DNA of 35,568 bases, from the NCBI GenBank assembly GCA_051275585.1, contig JBNMNM010000003.1:1-35568 (forward strand), read 5' to 3'. Below, piece after piece: positions 33,049-35,568 of the stretch. Origin of the DNA: a bacterium (GTDB lineage Bacteria > SAR324 > XYD2-FULL-50-16 > JBNMNM01). Every line of letters starts with the position of its first letter. Position 1 is the first letter of the stretch. Position numbers and translations under genes: made by a program. A model generated the notes under the pieces. The model did no database searches. It was given only the letters and a program-made list of their open reading frames with translations, and was not told the DNA's origin.

Positions 33049-34497
33049 ATGAACTATGAAAAAACGACCACTATTCTAATTATTGATGATGAAGAAAGCA
33101 TTCGTTGGGTGTTATCAAAAACCCTAGACATCGAGAACTACAAGGTATTTCCATTTAGTAATGGAGAGGATGCCATTCAATTCTCAAAAAAAATGAATGC
33201 AGATATTTGTTTGATTGATTTAAACCTTCCTGGAATGGATGGGTTTTCTGTGATGGAAGAACTTAAAAAGCTTTTACCTCAAGTTGTGCCCATTATAATG
33301 ACAGGGCAGAGCACAATGCGTAATACAATTGATGCCATCCAAAAAGGAGCATTTGATTATATTTCTAAGCCATTCGATATTGATGAGGTTGAAAGCATTG
33401 TTCAAAATGCAGCAAAAGAATCCTTTCGCAGAAAAAATAGCAAAGAAAGCTCGATTTCAAAAAATAAGACCCCAATTCAAAATGATCTTATTATTGGAAA
33501 GAGTCGTTCTGTTCAACTTATATATAAGGCTATAGGAAAAGTTGCTAATACTGATCTTACTGTTTTGATAAAAGGAGAGAGTGGTACAGGAAAGGAACTA
33601 ATTGCTCGATCCTTACATGAAAACTCAGATCGAGTGACAAAACCTTTTATTGCAATTAACTGTGCTGCGATTCCAAGTGAGCTACTAGAATCTGAGCTAT
33701 TTGGTTATGTAAAAGGTGCTTTTACTGGTGCTCATGAAAACCGAAAGGGAAAATTTGAACTTGCTGCTGGTGGTACACTTTTTCTTGATGAAATTGGTGA
33801 TATGCCAATGCCATTACAAACAAAGCTCCTCAGAGTTTTGCAAGAAAAGGAGTTTGAACCAATTGGAAGCGGTCAAACAATTCGTAGTAATGTCCGAATT
33901 GTTACTGCTACTAACAAAGATCTACCACTATTAATTCAAGAAAACCTTTTTCGGGAAGATCTCTATTACAGGGTTAATGTTTTTACCATTCATTCTCCTG
34001 CATTGCGAGAACGTGAGGGTGATATTGAACTACTCATCCAACATTTTCTAAAGAAAGGTGCTTTGGATATGTTGCTTCCATCATGTAGTATTAGCCAAAA
34101 TGCAATACGAGTTCTTTCTGAATACTCATGGCCTGGAAATGTTAGGGAGCTAGAAAATACAATTAAGAGCCTAATGATTATTTGTTCTGGTTCTTCAATT
34201 GATATTGAACACATTCCTCAGCACATTGCTCCAAAAGAGAAAGTTCTAGAAATTCATACACAATATAATAAACTTTCTGATTGGTTAGAGTCAAAAATCC
34301 AAGATCAAGTTACAGACTATTGTCAAACAGAAGAAAATAATCTGTATGAAAATATTATCCACCAAGTGGAGTATCCTTTATTAAAGTTGGTATTGCAGGA
34401 AACAAAGTGGAATCAACTTAAAGCCGCCAAAATTTTAGGGATTAATCGAAATACATTACGGAAAAAAATTAATGACCTCCAACTCAAAAAAGAATAA
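33049..34497 (+). CDS. ntrC: Sigma54-dependent response regulator, NtrC/GlnG type
   Basis: Receiver DDEESIRWVL; AAA+ GESGTGKE, ESELFG, GAFTGA, FLDEIG, WPGNVREL; Fis-type HTH NQLKAAKILGINRNTLRKK. Confidence 0.88.
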   Translation: MNYEKTTTILIIDDEESIRWVLSKTLDIENYKVFPFSNGEDAIQFSKKMNADICLIDLNLPGMDGFSVMEELKKLLPQVVPIIMTGQSTMRNTIDAIQKGAFDYISKPFDIDEVESIVQNAAKESFRRKNSKESSISKNKTPIQNDLIIGKSRSVQLIYKAIGKVANTDLTVLIKGESGTGKELIARSLHENSDRVTKPFIAINCAAIPSELLESELFGYVKGAFTGAHENRKGKFELAAGGTLFLDEIGDMPMPLQTKLLRVLQEKEFEPIGSGQTIRSNVRIVTATNKDLPLLIQENLFREDLYYRVNVFTIHSPALREREGDIELLIQHFLKKGALDMLLPSCSISQNAIRVLSEYSWPGNVRELENTIKSLMIICSGSSIDIEHIPQHIAPKEKVLEIHTQYNKLSDWLESKIQDQVTDYCQTEENNLYENIIHQVEYPLLKLVLQETKWNQLKAAKILGINRNTLRKKINDLQLKKE

Positions 34498-34690
34498 AGA
34501 AGAAAACTTAGAGTCAAAAAAGCCACTTCAAGTAAAATGTCCTACTTGCTCAAAAAAAGCTCTTTGGGAAAATAATTTGTATCGTCCATTTTGTAGTAAA
34601 CGTTGCTCTCTGATTGATTTAGGTAGCTGGAGTGATCAATCATACTCAATAAAAGGGGAGAGTGATTTTACTAAAATACAAGAAGAGTGA
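34472..34690 (+). CDS. yacG: DNA gyrase inhibitor YacG
   Basis: CPTC...YRPFCSKRC..IDLGSW..QSYSI Zn-finger signature; start position uncertain (overlaps ntrC by 26 bp). Confidence 0.92.
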   Translation: MTSNSKKNKEENLESKKPLQVKCPTCSKKALWENNLYRPFCSKRCSLIDLGSWSDQSYSIKGESDFTKIQEE

Positions 34691-34698
34691 TAAATTTT

Positions 34699-35568
34699 AT
34701 GAAGAATGCAGTCCTAAAAGAAGCTAACCTACAGAATAAAACTTCTAAAATTAGCTGGTTTAGGCAAAAACTTCATCAATCAAAAAACCAAATTTTAAAA
34801 CTTTTTGGAATTACTGAACAAGAAGTTTTACGAGTTTTTACCACTGCTATCTTATTTTTTATGATTCGTATCACCTTTTCCTTTGGTGATACGCTAAAAA
34901 ATACCTACTTTATTAAAATGGTTGGAGCAGCCAACCTTCCTTATGCATACCTTTTAACTGCTTTTTTTACTCTCATTACCTTTTTAGGATATTTCCGATT
35001 ATCAAAACTTTTTGGAAATCATCGATTTACTTACTTTCAATTCCTTTCTCTTGGAATTGGTATTTTCTGCTTCTACTTCACAGTTCCATTTAAAATAAAA
35101 TGGCTTACCTACATTCTTTTTTCTTATACTGACGCATTTATGCTGATTGCTCTGCGTCACTTTTGGATTATTGTAAGTAGTACATTTGATCCTAGAGAAG
35201 GAAAACGCATTTTTCCTATTATTGGTGGTGCAGGACTCTTGGGGATTGTCGTTGGTGGGTTTACGATTGGTCCCTCAGTAAAATACTTAGGAATTCAGAC
35301 TTCATTTTTGGTCTGGAGTATTATGTCATTATTAACCATTCCTTGTATTCGTTGGTTAAAACAATCTACTAAGAATTTTCACCCAATTACTTATGAAGCT
35401 CCAGAAATTAAAGTTCAACAAGTAGATAAACTCAAAGAAAAACTAAATAAAGTTTGGGCTATTCCTCTTGTTCGATCGATGAGTTATGCAACGATTCCAA
35501 TGATTCTTGTTGTTTATTTTCTTGATTATCAGTTCTTCATTACGATGGAGCAGGTTTATGACAAGGAA
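34699..35568 (+). CDS. TLC/Npt (ATP/ADP translocase-like) MFS transporter, 3' end runs off the window
   Basis: Not in the ORF track; 290 open codons from ATG 34699, polytopic, with GAANLPYAY, FWIIVSSTFDPREGKRIFPIIGGAGLLG and LDYQF. Confidence 0.78.
   Translation, partial: MKNAVLKEANLQNKTSKISWFRQKLHQSKNQILKLFGITEQEVLRVFTTAILFFMIRITFSFGDTLKNTYFIKMVGAANLPYAYLLTAFFTLITFLGYFRLSKLFGNHRFTYFQFLSLGIGIFCFYFTVPFKIKWLTYILFSYTDAFMLIALRHFWIIVSSTFDPREGKRIFPIIGGAGLLGIVVGGFTIGPSVKYLGIQTSFLVWSIMSLLTIPCIRWLKQSTKNFHPITYEAPEIKVQQVDKLKEKLNKVWAIPLVRSMSYATIPMILVVYFLDYQFFITMEQVYDKE

Overview
AT-rich bacterial chromosomal window, roughly one-third G+C by eye. The L7/L12, RpoB/RpoC and NtrC sequences look deltaproteobacterial or SAR324-like (inference only). 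Most of it is core housekeeping DNA on the minus strand: tRNA-Thr/Tyr/Thr, rpmG, tRNA-Trp, secE, nusG, rplKAJL, rpoBC, ilvBN, lepA, ntrB, yajC-secDF, argS and glyQS. The left flank holds metY (truncated), a CoA-transferase, a five-gene cluster (YihG acyltransferase, HAD hydrolase, small membrane protein, WbuC cupin, motif-dead ABC-ATPase-like protein) and a YidE/AspT transporter. The right flank holds ntrC, yacG and a truncated TLC/Npt-like transporter. I found no mobile element, CRISPR array, prophage or defence island, and cannot claim a clear-cut new system. The leads most worth checking are: (1) a cognate-looking ntrB/ntrC pair about 17 kb apart, in a geometry one inversion would restore; (2) an ABC-ATPase fold with every catalytic motif lost, coupled to a WbuC cupin; (3) an AHAS with a natural W574L-equivalent substitution and a truncated C-terminus, directly behind rpoC; (4) clean absence of tuf and tRNA-Gly from the tufB tRNA cluster; (5) repeat expansions in YajC and SecD; (6) extra three-way-junction RNA domains overlapping the L10 and L1 autoregulatory sites. 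All homology calls come from motif recognition, not database searches.
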